Positions 36,080 to 50,190 are shown, counted from the stretch's first letter. The stretch: 64,000 nt of DNA from Macrostomum lignano (GCA_002269645.1 NIVC01000803.1:62001-126000); one strand, 5' to 3'. Numbers and translations are program-made. The notes: generated by a model not told the origin, from the sequence alone.

Positions 36080-36450
36080 CAAGATAGAGAATCTTGTCGT
36101 GACTGCGGACCAGAGGAGGGGAAGACGAGAGGGTCAAAGAGAATAGAGAAGAAATAAAAGAGATAGGAGAAGGGAGAGAAGCGAAAAGCGAGAAGCAAGA
36201 AGAGAGAAGAGAGAGGAGAAGAGAGGAGAGGAGAGGAGAGGAGAGAATGGAGAGGATAGGGGACAGGAGAGAGGACAAGAGAGATGGGAGAAAAAGAGGA
36301 GAGAAAATAGAAAAAATAAATGAGCTGAGAAATTGGAGAATAGAGATAAGAGAGTTGAGAAGCGACACAAACCTTGAGCGGGCCAGAATCGCTATTGTGA
36401 AGTTTCAAAGAACCCGAGGGCCGGATAGAGAGGCTTTGCGGACCGGATCT
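36080..36450. mobile_element. Truncated inverted copy of the 27045 hAT MITE family with an AG-rich tract
   Basis: GACACAAACCTTGAGCGGGCCAGAATCGCTATTGTGAAGTTTCAAAGAACCCGA...GGATAGAGAGGCTTTGCGGACC is the reverse complement of the 27080-27150 segment. TIRs are missing. Confidence 0.7.
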
Positions 36451-37951
36451 GCTCTATTCAATTGATTGTATCTACGAGTATCAAACACAAAATCAAATAT
36501 CAAAGCGTTTACTGCAGTTAAAAACTTCGAAACATGAGGCATGAGATGTTTTATTGTCGCTTAGGACGCGAAACTGTTACAGCAAGTTCAGTAAGTGTCG
36601 TATTTGCTTGATAATTCCATGCAACTAAACTGCAATCTTATAAAAAAACAGATTTCATGCAACAGATATTTACAAACAAAAACAGAAAAAAACAGTTGCA
36701 CAGGGTTCAATTTTGCGTAGTCTTATTGATTTATGATAGGATCGACAGTGTGTACGGGACGAAACTAGCGCGTTGAAAGAGAAAAACTGTGACAGAACTA
36801 ATATGAGACTTGCTCATATCTGAGACAGACCATGGGAATTTCAACAAGCATTTCTACACAGTTCGTAGGGTTATCGCTGCACGTAAAGCAAAGAAAAACA
36901 TTAAGATCTCACCGTTCATTAAGAGTGTACACTGAAGTACCGAAAATGGCTTTCTATGAAACTGTGAGACACATTAAACACAGTCCCAACGCGCTGCGTC
37001 GCCCGGAGCTCACTGAAAGTGAGTAAATAGCGGTGTGCAAACCATACAAGGCCGAAGTAAAGAAGAAAGCAATGCCCCACTTGAATTTCATAGCAGGCCC
37101 TAAAGCGCTATAGGCAAACAGAAAGTTATTCTAAAGTTAGTATAGAATTGGTGGCTCAGTTTGAAACTGATCCTATAGAGCTCCCTCGAAAATGAGCTCT
37201 GCTGCTTCGATCATTATAAAAGCGGAGATTCAACCGGAAGCAGTTTTACTATTTCCTGGATTTTGTTTGGTTCTGTTTTAATTTTGCCGAATAAACATTT
37301 AGTTTTAGTCCACCTCCTTATCTCTGTTTCTCTGTACTTCAAGTCCCTCAGGCAAAGCTGCTCAATTGAAAAAAAGTGGGGCATTGCGAGTACCTGGAGA
37401 GTTCCGCAGTTTCCAGCTGCGTCTCTCCCGGACTATTCGGTAGGGCGAAAGGCGACCGGGTTTTTTTCACCTTTCGCTACCTTTCGTCAGCCGTAGCCAA
37501 ATTGAAATCAGGTGAGGAAATCGCGTCAGTACAACAAGTTCGAAAGCAGGACTTGCTACGCGGAAAATAAAAAAGAACCGAGATGCCTTCAAGCGGCTGG
37601 AAAAATAGCGGCCGAAAATTAGCTAATATTTATCCCATCCGGATGTGGGATTAGAAAGTAAATTAGCAATAACAAGTCCAATGTCTCAAAGCTAATTAAT
37701 GATCAAAGGAAAATGTCCGTCCTGTTGTAGATCTTATTTCTACGAAACTTCTGCAATGAATATTCTGGTCTAGCGCACTAGTTATTGGACAATGCAATAA
37801 AACTGCCTTTCCCGAACAGAAAATTTCTCGAGCTTAAAAAGTGCGATCGGTACTATTCGTGCTAATACTAATTTCATTCTCGAGCTGCCAACGAAATGCC
37901 TACCACGTTACTAACAGAGGGAATGAGGACCAGACACAGAGAATGAAAATC

Positions 37952-39395
37952 TCATACGTAGCCACTCGGCATCAAGCGATAGTCACAGTTAGTTCTCATG
38001 GCCTCGGATTTCGCCCGCCAGAGCCGCTGCTGCGAGCCGCCAGCGGAGGAAATCGTCTCCGGCGTGGCCGCCCCGCTCCAGCCGTAGGAGGCCGATGACG
38101 ATAAGAAGAGCAGGTCCCGATGGCTTCTCGCCTCGTGACCGCCTCCGCCACCGTAGCCGCCTGTTGAAGGCGAAGACGACGCGGTAGTTTCGCTGCGGCT
38201 GTCTGCGGCAGCTCGGCTTAACCGCCTGCTGAGCGTGTGCCGCTCCTGGATCTGCTTTTGCAGGCCGACCGTCTCCTCGCTGGTAGTGAGGTAATAGAGA
38301 AAGCGCTTCACGTCTCTGAGTCGCGGCCCTGCCACCTCTACCCGGCGCAGACCATCCGGCAGGTCTTCCGCCTCTTCTGGCGGGAGCAGACGCAGAGTGC
38401 AGCTGTGCCGGCTGGCCAGAGATGCTACCACCGGGTCTAGCAGGAACGCCTCGCTCTGAGCCAGGCTGCCGCCCGCCCGGATGTGGAAGAAGTAAAACGC
38501 TCGCTGACCCGCGGCGCGTCGCTCCACCGGGAGAGGACTCTTGGGCGCCGGGCCGTCGCGCGGCTGACCGCGCACAGCTGAGAAGGTTCGGCAACGGCGG
38601 CGCATCTCAGCTGCGTGACGGACATCCGCGATGCGTCGAGGCTGTGCCGGTGGCTGGCCAACAAAGTCCGGCTCCTGTTGTCGATACTGTTGAATGGGCC
38701 GGTCCTCGCCGTTAAGCTTTCCGGGACAAGAGTCGCGTCGAACACGGGGCCTGCGCTGGTGCTCGAAGACCCCAGCGTCGTAGTAGTCGTTGTCTCTTTC
38801 GGTATCGATGCACTCGTCGTCATCGTCGCAGAACATGTGCAGCCGCTCAAGGCCTTCAACTAGTGAGCGACGCTGAGCAAAGTAGCGCGGCCGGTAGAGC
38901 ACAGTTGGTTGGCTATCAAACACGCGATGACCGCGGCCAGACGCATTTACCGCTGTCTGCGTCAGCGCCGGAAGAAGGCGCATCCGGGGAACGTCTCGCC
39001 TACGCTGGCTGCGGCTGCGACTACGCCGAAGCGTAATGCGGAGCTGCGGAGGCGACGGCGATTCTCTGCCGGTATTTGTCCCTACTGTTGACGATGCTTT
39101 CGTTGTGGCTGCCGCTGTCTGGCAGGCGTCATCTCGAGAACTTGGTGGCTGGGGACGTCGTTCAGCTTGAGCCCGAACTGTGCTTCTAGTTTTGGTTCGG
39201 CCTCTGGATTGTTCTGTGTTTGTTCGCATTGAGTTGGACGCATCTGCTTCCCGCTCGGATTTTACTGCCTGCGACTGTTGCCGTTGGTCACGCTGTTGTG
39301 GCTGCTGCTGTTTTTGTTGTTGTTGTTGTTGTTGCTGTTGCTGTTGTTGCTGTTGTTGCTGTTGTTGTTGCTGTTGTTGTTGCTGTTGTTGTTGC

Positions 39396-39426
<31 letters not shown>

Positions 39427-40504
39427 GCTGCTGCTGTCGTTGTTGTTGCTGCTGCTGCTGTTGCAGCTGATTTTGCATTTGCCTTTGTAGCAACTGTTGC
39501 TGCTCAAGCATCTTCTGTTGTAGCAGTTTCTGTTGCTGCTGTTGAAAGATTTGAAGCTGATGTTGATGCAAGAGGCGCTGCTGTTGAAGCAGCTGCTGCT
39601 GATGAGGCGCTTGCTTCAGCTGCTCTTGGTGCTGTAGCAACTGACAATTTGATTGTCGAAATGATCTCTGTGTGTTTAACGTCGATTGCCGCTGCTGTTC
39701 TGGCTGAGAATTGCACTCCGGCAGTGGCGGGGCGCCCCTCCGACCGCGAATTACAGTCTCACTACCCCGCGGCCCAGCTGCAGCTCTGAGAGTGCGGTCA
39801 TCCGCTGCTTTCTGCTCTATGATTGTGTCAACCTCCAAGTCCATAGCTGACGAATCGTCCTCCTCTTCCGCTTTAGGCATGACCCGATCGATGCTGCTAG
39901 GAAATTGTTGGTGGGCAATTTGCCGCAGCAGGCGCTGCTGTTGCTGCTGTTGCTGTTGGCTGAGCTGTCGCCTCGGACTCAGCCCATAGTTACCGTGGAC
40001 TGGACACGGCCGACTATGAGCTGCAGCTGCCGAAGACTGACTTCGCTTAGGGGGCTGATTTTGACCGGCGCTGGCACTGTCGGACCGCTGCTCAGCTGGC
40101 TGAGTACGACCGTCATTGTCGGAATACTCTGGTGGTGGAGGCAGCATCGGTGGCGGAGGCAGCGGGCGCATTGGTGGCTGAAGGATTGACAGGTCTTCCG
40201 TCTGCCGCTTGGCCTGGCCATTTTCAATACAGACAGCGGGAGCAGCAGGCGCATCGGCTCTAGCAGCACCACCTTGGCCACCGTTGACTTCTTGAGCATC
40301 CTGTCGACTCTGATGATGATGCCGCGGTTTGTACAGCGGAGACTCGCAGCCGCCATTGTCAACTATGTAGTCCGTGATGACGAAGTTGTAATTCGGCGTC
40401 GGCTTCTGGTCGGCTGGCGACACGCCGACTCCGCCGCTGCCGTTGCCAGCGGATCTCTGCTGCTGGCCGGGCCGTTTGCTCAGTCGAGACTGGCGTGCTC
40501 CCAT
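37952..40504 (-). CDS. Uncharacterised 850-aa polyQ/low-complexity protein with an N-myristoylation-like start
   Basis: Uninterrupted 2.55-kb GC-rich ORF starting MGARQSRLSKR, with a mixed CAG/CAA polyQ tract at about 39290-39470 and one apparently globular segment near the C-terminus (FYFFHIR...RRVEVAGPRLRDVKRFLYYL). No family recognised. Confidence 0.7.
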
Positions 40505-41944
40505 TCAGTCTGGCTGGCTGAAGGCGGAAGTCCGGCTGAGCGACAGAATTCAGTCGGCCATGGCCCGCGCCACAGATGAAAAATTCCTCAGCAACTTCTT
40601 GCTCTTTCTCTCTGTCTGCCTCCACAGTTTTCCACCCAAGTGTGGCAGGCCGGCCCGGTTGTCAAGCGAAGCGAGAACAAGGGATTTGGGGGGATCTTCA
40701 CGCTGTAATTCACTTTATTCCTTTGCCACCTTGGATTTTCTACCCTCTAGCCTTGTAGATTGGTGCTGTCGGGTAAGAAAACACGCGCCAGTATCAGGAG
40801 AGAGAGGAGGAGAGCAGCCGTGGAGAGCAATAAGTCGCTTGGTAGGAGGTTGCGCAGGTCAGGAGGCGTTCGCTCTTTTCTCGCCGGAAGACAAGACGGG
40901 GGCTGTACGGCCAGTGGTTGGCAGCAGTACTTTTGTCTACGGAGGGGAGTTGGGAACTTCGGTTCCAATTTTAGAGAACTGCGAGCAAGAGAGAGGAGGG
41001 CGACGAATAAGGCAACGACCAAAATGGGAATTCTGTGTGGTTCTTTCTCGCTAAGCTGCTATGGAAAGCCAAGTGCTTGGGAGAGAGAAGGAGAGAGAAC
41101 GCATGCGCGCATTAATACACTGGCCAGGCCAGAAAGTCGCCTGCCCCAGCCTTAGCTGCGCCACCATTGGCTGCTGCGGCAAGTAGGACTGGAAGCATGC
41201 GTGCAGCATTAGCAATGGGCCTTCCGATTCGCCCAATGCCTTCAAAGCCCATCGTGGCTGCCTCATTTTCTCTTCTCCGCAACTGTAGGAAAATCCGTTC
41301 TACTGGCTGTGACGGGGTTGGGGCCTACCAGCCTTAGCTGTCAAAAGTTCTGAACTGTGGAGGAAGGGTTCTTTGGCCAAGGGCGGTTCCCACCGCGGTT
41401 GCATGACCTGTCCACCTGTCCACCAATGGAAGTTCCAAGTGCGTGCTTCTTTTTAGTCCAATTTTCATAACTTCTCATCAACTGCGGGTTTCTTTAGGCC
41501 CAAAGATTGGAGCTTCTGGGTAAGGGGAATAGTTTTGGAAATGGGAAGGGAGACGAAAGAGAACGTGGGATTATAGATTTAGCTAGCCATGTGGACTTGC
41601 AGCGGGATGCAGCGGAGCTATAACTGGGCGTAGCCGCAAGGACAACAATTGTCATTGTCCTTAAAATGCACCCAAATCTGCCGTTTTTCAGCCCGCTTTC
41701 TTGGAAATACTTCTAGAAGCGAATATCCTGCGGAATTTCACATGCAATTATAGTTTTCATGCGTGTTTTTCTCGTACGTATTTTAAGCCTTCAACACAAA
41801 CAAGGATAAATGGCCACTCCACAGGTGTCGCCTTGGACTAGGGGGGGGGGGCAGAGGGGCAAAGGGGGGATAGTGGGGACAGATCCAAGAATCATAAAGG
41901 AAAACTTCGTATATCATTTTGGGAATCAGTGTTTTTAGTAAGTA

Positions 41945-42770
41945 TTCTTGGCGCCACAGTCACTCATTTTGGCGCCACAGTCACTCATTTTAGCGCAGCA
42001 GTCACTCATTATAGCGCAGCAGTCACTCATTTTAGCGCCACAGTCACTCATTTTAGCGCCGCAGTCACTCATTTTAGCGCCACAGTCACTCATTTTAGCG
42101 CAGCAGTCACTCATTTTAGCGCAGCAGTCACTCATTTTAGCGCAGCAGTCACTCATTATAGCGCAGCAGTCACTCATTTTAGCGCCGCAGTCACTCATTT
42201 TAGCGCAGCAGTCACTCATTATAGCGCAGCAGTCACTCATTATAGCGCAGCAGTCACTCATTATAGCGCAGCAGTCACTCATTTTAGCGCCGCAGTCACT
42301 CATTTTAGCGCCGCAGTCACTCATTTTAGCGCCGCAGTCACTCATTTTAGCGCAGCAGTCACTCATTATAGCGCAGCAGTCACTCATTATAGCGCAGCAG
42401 TCACTCATTTTAGCGCAGCAGTCACTCATTTTAGCGCCACAGTCACTCATTTTAGCGCAGCAGTCACTCATTTTAGCGCCGCAGTCACTCATTTTAGCGC
42501 AGCAGTCACTCATTATAGCGCAGCAGTCACTCATTTTAGCGCAGCAGTCACTCATTTTAGCGCCACAGTCACTCATTTTATTAGCACCGCAGGCACTCAT
42601 TTTAGCGCAGCAGTCACTCATTATAGCGCAGCAGTCACTCATTTTAGCGCCGCAGTCACTCATTTTAGCGCAGCAGTCACTCATTTTAGCGCCGCAGTCA
42701 CTCATTTTAGCGCCGCAGTCACTCATTTTAGCGCAGCAGTCACTCATTTTAGCGCTGCAGGCACTCATTC
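41945..42770. repeat. 21-bp minisatellite (CAGTCACTCATTTTAGCGCAG), about 39 units
   Basis: Read directly; 7-aa period in the ORFs. Confidence 0.95.
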
Positions 42771-44038
42771 TTGATTTCCATGACGGGTCACAAGGTGTGG
42801 GGGCTGGAGGACAAAGCCCCCATGTCCCCCTACAGCTTTTACAGGCCTGTACACAGTCTATACACAGTATTATCCAAAGTTCTAGCTAAATTGCTAGCTA
42901 ACTGACTACCCATCTGCAGTCGGAAGTGAATAATGTTAAGCATAGCTAATTGCGCAATTTGAATAAAAACTCATTACGCAATGGTTGGCGATGAGATCAA
43001 TGCCCCTGAAAGATACCCAACTTGAAAGGCTATCCAGGTCTGAAATGCAATTTCTCCTCAGACAGAATGTTTTTCTCAACGACTTTCTGCTAAGCTAATA
43101 TTCGGGACAGGAGGCATGGGGCCACACCAATCTTGGTGCACACTACTGGCACTCCCTCATCAGTACACTATTTACTTAATCCCGATTTGCATAGCTTCTG
43201 GATCTTACTCGGCCACTTTACTGATGCTTGCTCAGCTCACTGAGCCAGATTTTTCCATCTAGATTATTCCTTCTCGCTTGGTAGAATTTTTCCAATTAAT
43301 ATTTATCCCTGACCCGATTTCCCTTAATTTCGATGCGGGTAAGCTCATAGGTTCTTGGTCACGAGCTCGAGTTTCCGGACCTCCCGGTATGTAAAACTTC
43401 TCGAAATCTCATGCTTAGCTTGCAAGAGCGTTTTATCCGCGAACATAGCGGTGAGGCTCCGCACCCAGATGGCTTGGAAGTGTAAAGTTGCCTAGCGGCA
43501 ACCCGTCTGCTGTCTCGCGTCGAAGTAACGCGGGTTTAATAGTGCACGATCAGCACACATGCCAGTACAATAGCCAGTACAATACCCTGTGCGTGTACAT
43601 GTATCCATGTGCTTGTGCGTGCTCAGGGATCAGCAAAATGTTGATTTACGGCAGTATCCAAAGCTCTCTGTGAAATAACTATGGCAACTAAGGCTTCTGA
43701 TTACTGGCTTTTATGTATAGTCCAATTTTTAAGGCACTAGTCTGGACACTGCAAAGGACCTTGGCTTCATCTAACATCAAGGACAACTAATGCAACGTAC
43801 GAGCGTATATACTTTAGTAGTCCTTGTCTAACATGAGTGTCTGATTGTCCTACATTATTAACATTTAAGTCAACAATTTTATTGACTTCCGAGTCTAAAA
43901 CTTATTTATTTGTTGGGGCGTTTCTCAAGCTAGAAACTTCCCAAGTTTGATATTGTACATCGTCGAAAAGTCTTGCTAGTCAACTTTGTCAGTTTACAAG
44001 CCAAACTACACGATTTCGCGATGATGTAAATTTTCGAG

Positions 44039-45828
44039 GGGAGGGCTTATTAAGCGCGCCAGGAATAAGCGCGCACGTGTATTTTTTTGCACACGTCGGA
44101 ATAAGCGCGCACGGAAAAATGTTGGAATAAGCGCGCTGCGATATATCAAAATACTGTAATAAGCGCGCATCGATATTCCTCGATACAGGAAAGAGCGCGC
44201 AACGTTTTTTAAAAGTCCTGGAATGAGCGCGCACAGATTTTCAACAGAACCAAGATTAAAGTCGAATTTAAACTATGTATTTACGACGAAGCAAGGTTAC
44301 AAAGTTAAAATTGCTGAAAGCTAAAAGCTTAGCTAAAAGTTGAAACTGCAGCTGAGAAGTTCGCTAAAATTAAAAATGGAGCTGCTTAATAAAACCATTG
44401 GTTGTAGAGCTGGAGCTGCTGATACGAGACGGGCTGAGAGTCCAGAGCCGGCTGGAGCTACTGATACGAGACAGGCTGAGAGTCCAGAGCCGGCTGGAGA
44501 TGCTGATACGAGACAGGCTGAGAGTCCAGAGCCGGCTAGAGATGCTGATACGAGACAGGCTGAGAGTCCAGAGCCGGCTGGAGCTGCTGATACGAGACAG
44601 GCTGAGAGTCCAGAGCCGACTGGAGCTGCTGATACGAGACAGGCTGAGAGTCCAGAGCCGACTGGAGCTGCTGATACGAGACAGGCTGAGAGTCCAGAGC
44701 CGGCTGGAACTGCTGATACGAGACAGGCTGAGAGTCCAGAGCCGGCTGGAACTGCTGATACGAGACAGGCTGAGAGTCCAGAGCCGGCTGGAGCTGCTGA
44801 TACGAGACAGGCTGAGAGTCCAGAGCCGGCTGGAGCTGCTGATACGAGACAGGCTGAGAGTCCAGAGCCGGCTGGAACTGCTGATACGAGACAGGCTGAG
44901 AGTCCAGAGCCGGCTGGTCGGCTTGCCGTTTTGTTGCCATCATTTGGTCAGCCATTTTCTCAGACGCATGAGACACCAGCGTCAGAAACTCAGCTGCCGT
45001 TATTTGCTTCACGTACAATTTTTGAATCGCATCGAAAATTCGCTTTGAATTCAAAACAGACTTCGCTTTCACACGCCGCACTTTACGTCCACGTTCTGAG
45101 CGTATGCAGTCTAGCGAATGAGTTCGGATTGCCTTTACGAGGCCCTCCAAATACAGCCACCAGTTAGGGTGCGCCTTGAAGCGTCGGCTCAGACCTCTGT
45201 GGTAGGCTTCAATGTCACAGTTGGTGCGCCTGGTTTTCCCGTGCACTGAGAGGCGCTGGACTCCAACGCGTAAAATTCAGAAGCTTTCTAAATACATGTA
45301 AATTCGGTCAGCAGCAGGGCGATTCTCTTCTGGTATCATGCTCGGCGTCGGACGCAACAGACGTAAAGCGGGAGCAATTTCGTCTGCGGGCAGCAGAGGC
45401 AGACCCAGTAGGCTCAGCATCCACCTCCTGACTGCGGAGTCGCAACCTCGCCCGATCTGCGATTGGAATCCGCTGAACTTGAATTTCCCGACCACAGCTT
45501 GACAGAAGTGAAACCAGCAACCAGATACTTCTGCTGGAGCGAATGCAAAGTACAGTACAAAGTACAAATTTTTGATCGTCAGTACAAAAGCAGCTGCGCG
45601 CTCATCCCGAAAGCGGGTAAAATTTTGGCGCGCTTGTTCCAAGTCATGGGAAAACTCGTGCGCGCTTTTTCCTGTATCGATCAAAAATACTGCGCGCTTA
45701 TTCCGGTCTGTGGAAAGTTAACTGCGCGCTTATTCAGGTTTTGGTCCGTTCTCCTGCGCGCTTATTCCGAACCATGTAAAATATGTGCGAAAATGCGCGC
45801 TTGTTCCTGGCGCTTAATCTAGCTACCC
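44039..45828 (-). mobile_element. Internally deleted Mutator-like (MULE) DNA transposon with a transposase remnant
   Basis: GGG...CCC termini; 8-bp TSD TTTTCGAG (44031-44038 and 45829-45836). About 7 subterminal GGAATAAGCGCGCA motifs, inverted in each arm. MULE motifs GCWFHFCQA and RTNCDIEAYH...HPNWW are in one frame broken by a TGA at 45279-45277 (YLESF*ILR, likely W to stop). Confidence 0.88.
44405..44917. repeat. 42-bp minisatellite (GCTGGAGCTGCTGATACGAGACAGGCTGAGAGTCCAGAGCCG), about 12 units, inside the MULE
   Basis: Read directly; in frame with the transposase C-terminus on the minus strand. Confidence 0.95.
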
Positions 45829-48487
45829 TTTTCGAGCTTGTGTCCTAATTTGCGGTCCTAAAAACGAATGCCACATCAAATGCAAGCCCAACGCTAACGA
45901 GTAGATGAAGCAGATGACTTCCATGGCCTTCACATTTAGAAGCAATTACGTACAAAACGCTGGGGTTGATGTTTTGTTTGACAACAAAACGATGTATGGA
46001 GGTTTCTGTAACTTTACGGAAGTCCCTGTATCTATACGGAGGCCCTGTAACTTTACGGAGGTCCCTATAACTCTACAGAGGTCCCTGTAACTAAAGCGCC
46101 AAAAAATTGACAATAAATATGACTTGACACGTACTAAAAGCAGATATAGAACACGTACTTCATGTTGTTCTAAATAGTAAATTACATCGGGTAGTCATGT
46201 ACAATATTGGAATTTGATTTAGCACCGGAGTCATATCAAGGTCACAGATAATTTGGCAGGACACACTTGTTTTCCCAAGGAAACCCGGGATATTTCATAT
46301 TTTATCGTCGTAACTAAAATGTACCAAAACGTGGAGCACTCATCGAGTCTGCCTGCCTTGATTTTGACAGATTTATCGCGTGCTCATTGTTGGCCTAACA
46401 AGAGGAACAAATACATATTCCTGGGAATACGTTAGTCGTGCAATTTAAAAACCAAAGAGCGTTTTAAAAATAGAGAACAGGTAGAGCTAAGTGTAACTTC
46501 TATTCGGTAGTGCAACAACAGAAGGGAATCGTTGCGTAAAATTACAGGCCAATGATTTCGGTGCGTCAATCATACGAGTTTGCTCCATATGTAATGACCC
46601 CCGCGTCAAAGATAACAAGGCTCGATATATATAGTTGAAAAAATAAGCTGCATACATTCACATGTAGCCAGAGATAAAGGCTTGCATGTTACATAGCCTA
46701 TAACGCCGTTCGTTACCTTTCTGAGATTCTGAGGAAAAGGGAGGGATGACCGAGGTCATTTAAGAATAGATCTTAGCTTTGATCGGCATCGGTGCCATGC
46801 GGTTTGGCGTTTGCAGCTACACGCTGGCCCGACCCTGCCTTATCTCTTTGTCAGGCCCTGTCAATCAACTGTTGGGGCTACACTGTACACGACCAGCGAA
46901 CACAAAGTATTACGTCATCGCTGAGCTTTTTCTGTTTTTGAAAATGACAGCCTAGGCCCTCTACAATAGACCCATCTATCACTCTCTGAGGCAGGAATGT
47001 AGATTGCTAAAATAATGCTCGTCGCAAAAAAACTGTGCAGATAGTTTTCTGTACAAAATCAGCTTTTAATTTGTTTTAATCCAACAGAATTTGATGCATA
47101 TACATGTATAATGGCAGTGTAGCATAAAGGCAAAGAGCTGTGCTGTCTGGTCTATGGCAGCGGAGAATATGGAGAGTGCTGTCTGCAGTCTATGGCAGCG
47201 GAGAATATGAAGAGTGCTGTCCATGGCAATGCGATCCAATTCAGAATTGTTCAGTGTTAGATCGGTGCAAAACGATTTAAAACAAAGAATAAAACGTTGT
47301 ACATCAAATCGCATAACCTTAACTTATAGCTTGAATTTGCAGTCAGCTTGCAGGTGAAGCACAAACTCAGAGTTTTGTTAGAGTGGATAAATCTCTTCTC
47401 GCATTGTGTTCGTTTAATTAGTGACCATTGATTACATGTACAGTATGTTGATTTTTCAGTGTACTCGACGCTCCTTGAACTTAATACATGTATTATGTAT
47501 TATACATGTATTATACTTAGTACATGTATATGCATGGTTTGGTTGATTTTTTAAAATATGCGTGCTCAGATGTCAGTGTGACGAAACTCTTAGGCTATAA
47601 GCCTATAATAAAAATCTAAGTTTGTGTTAACATTCATTTTTCTCCTTTGTGGGGGTATACATGTACATACATGTAAATGTAACATCAATCATTGTAGTTG
47701 CAGTAGTTGTGTAGTTGTAGTTGTACTTGCAAAAATCTATAAAAAGTAACTTTTATATTGAATGATGTAAATATATTGAATATAAAAATATTGAATATTT
47801 TCAATTGGTGCAAGTTGTTGAAAATAAAGCAGAACGTAGTGTTCCACCAAAGAAAACTTGATAAATTTATTTACATTGATAATTTGTAGATTCATTACTA
47901 AAGCTAACTAAAACGTACTAAATAGAATACCACTTAAAAGAGCAATTTACCATCGTCTTAATATATAGTAAGTCTAAATCTATTTCAAGCAACATTTTAA
48001 AAGTCAATTACATACAAATAAACATCTAGAGTTTTCGTTTTGTTGTTAAAATTTTGATTTAGAAAATTTGCGTATGTTTAACAGTGGGTAAATTTGCGAA
48101 ATTTGCAATATCAAGTAGGCCGCGACCCGCATTATAAATTGTGTTGAGGCAAAGTTTTGGCGAAAATAAGTCGTGTAATAAATATACTTGTGATTACTTT
48201 TTATGAAATATTATCAACATCTAAATAATAAATAAAGTCGTACAAAGCGACAAAACTATATTTTATAGTAGCATTATTCATTATATCCATCACTATCACT
48301 ATATCAGTGCCAGTCATGAGTCAACCAGTGGAAGGTCAAAGCAATTCAATAACCAATGGCCATAGCTTATTCATTGACAGTAGGCCTACGGGCCCTAGTG
48401 CCTAGAACTAGAATATAATAAAATAAAAAAATTCAAATAAGGAGCTTCTGGTTCATTCAGTATAGAAGTTACTATTATTAATGTTAT

Positions 48488-48933
48488 GGCAGTTATTATT
48501 TGTCCGGTGACCGGACAAATAGCAAAAAGGCTATTTGTCCGGTTAAATTGCTAACACAAGTATCTTATTTGTTTCGTGATGAATATTCTAGATTTTTAAG
48601 ACCTTTTCTCATATATTGATTAATATTTTCTTGTATGCTAGAGTGTAAGCAAAACAGTGTATTCAATTTGGCACAATTTGGTGTATAAGACACATACTAG
48701 TATAACAATATAATAATCAAGATATGAGTAAGAAGTCTTTGAAGTCTAAGAATATTTACCCTTGTGGTTTTTATGAACTAGATATTATAACATTATCAAT
48801 TTAACCGGACAAATAACAAAATGTCTATTTGTCCGGTATTAATCGGATGAATAGGAAAGCATGGTCAGGATCTAGTAACCGGACAAATAACCACATTGCT
48901 ATTCATCCGGTCACTGGACAAATAACAACTGCC
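48488..48933. mobile_element. MITE-like element with TIRs and repeated ATTTGTCCGG/CCGGACAAAT motifs
   Basis: GGCAGTTATTATTTGTCCGGTGACCGGACAAATAGCAA versus the reverse complement of TTGCTATTCATCCGGTCACTGGACAAATAACAACTGCC. TSD not resolved. Confidence 0.7.
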
Positions 48934-49494
48934 TAATAGTATTATTAAGCCCATTGGCTTTGATATTAATAATATTTAATATTTAATCATTTTAGTATTT
49001 AATATTTTAATATTTATCTTTTATCATCATTATATTAATCTTTTAATACTCTTTTTAATTTATTAATTCATGGCTTTATCCTTCAAAATATACCAAGCCA
49101 TAGAATGAATTCATCAAATTTTGGAAAATATTTACATTAAAAAGTTTAGATTCTAAAAAATGTTCAACTTTCAAATACACAATTCTCCAAAACTGCTTGG
49201 ATCAAATTAATATTAGTTACATAGGACTATAGGAATGCTCACAAATCAACCTACTATTACCTCTGAGGGTAATTTTTTGCAGTTTTTTGCTTTATTATCA
49301 TTTTGGATAGCCTCTAAGACTCTGGCGAAAGTTTCAGAAAAATTGAAAAATTGGAAGTATTTTATGTACCTAAAGTTCAAGAAGGCCACAACCTTGGCTT
49401 GGCTATTAGTATTAGGGCCTATAGGGTTATATCTTTTAAATAGTTGAATTTCTAGCCTTTTGCTTTTTTTCTATCTAGTAGGCCTACATAGGCT

Positions 49495-50190
49495 TAAACT
49501 ATCTCTAACTATAAAAATCAAAACTCTGTGTGTATGTGTGTCTGTGTGTGGACAATTTTGATTGCTATGGACTCCCAAACCGCTCAACCAAATGACACCA
49601 AATTTTACACCCACCTTAAACTTACTACGGAGAATGTCTTAGGCTACCTTTTAATTTCCTAGACTCAAGTCTTCCTACCTAAAAGTACAAAAAACTGCTC
49701 AAAATGCACGATTTTTTCACTAAATCCTCCATAGCGCTGCTCACTTCTACCGATTCTCTTCAAATTTGACACAGGCAATTTTCAACTATTTTAGCACAAT
49801 CATGTAAAATTTCGAGTCTCAAAGTTAATCCTGAGCGGTGCTGTGCACTTTTAAAATTAGGCTGTTTTTTTCAGTGTAGCAACCACCCCAACCTCCACCC
49901 GCCTGCCTCTCTTTCCCGATACCGATCTGGGCCCAGATGTGTAAAAGGGTTTCAAAATTGACTTTCAGCTGCCATAAGTTTGCTCCACGTAAAGCGATTG
50001 ACTTCAAACTTAACACAATTCTTCATTGACTCATTCTCTATCTAAATGTAAAGTTTCAACTCTGTAACTCAATCAGAACAGAAACTGTAAGCATGTGAAG
50101 TTTGTCTGCTTTTTCTGTTGTTTGTGCCACTCACTCACTTCATTCCCCAGAGCCAGACGAAGGGTCAGGCGATAGGACTGAATGTACATA
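49495..50190. mobile_element. Possible non-autonomous Helitron/Helentron-type element
   Basis: ATAAAAATC-(TG microsatellite)-AAACCGCTCAACCAAAT...CAAATTT resembles the conserved end of such elements and the reverse complement of 60060-60160. Boundaries are uncertain. Confidence 0.35.

Noticed and set aside
41620-42850. hAT-like ends around the 21-bp array
   Set aside because: CAGG...CCTG candidates did not align beyond 4 bp and no TSD was found.
41929-42889. Cys-rich (MSDCCAK)n and (VTHFSAA)n ORFs resembling antifreeze or metal-binding proteins
   Set aside because: A 21-bp array open in several frames on both strands, with no signal peptide or splice support.
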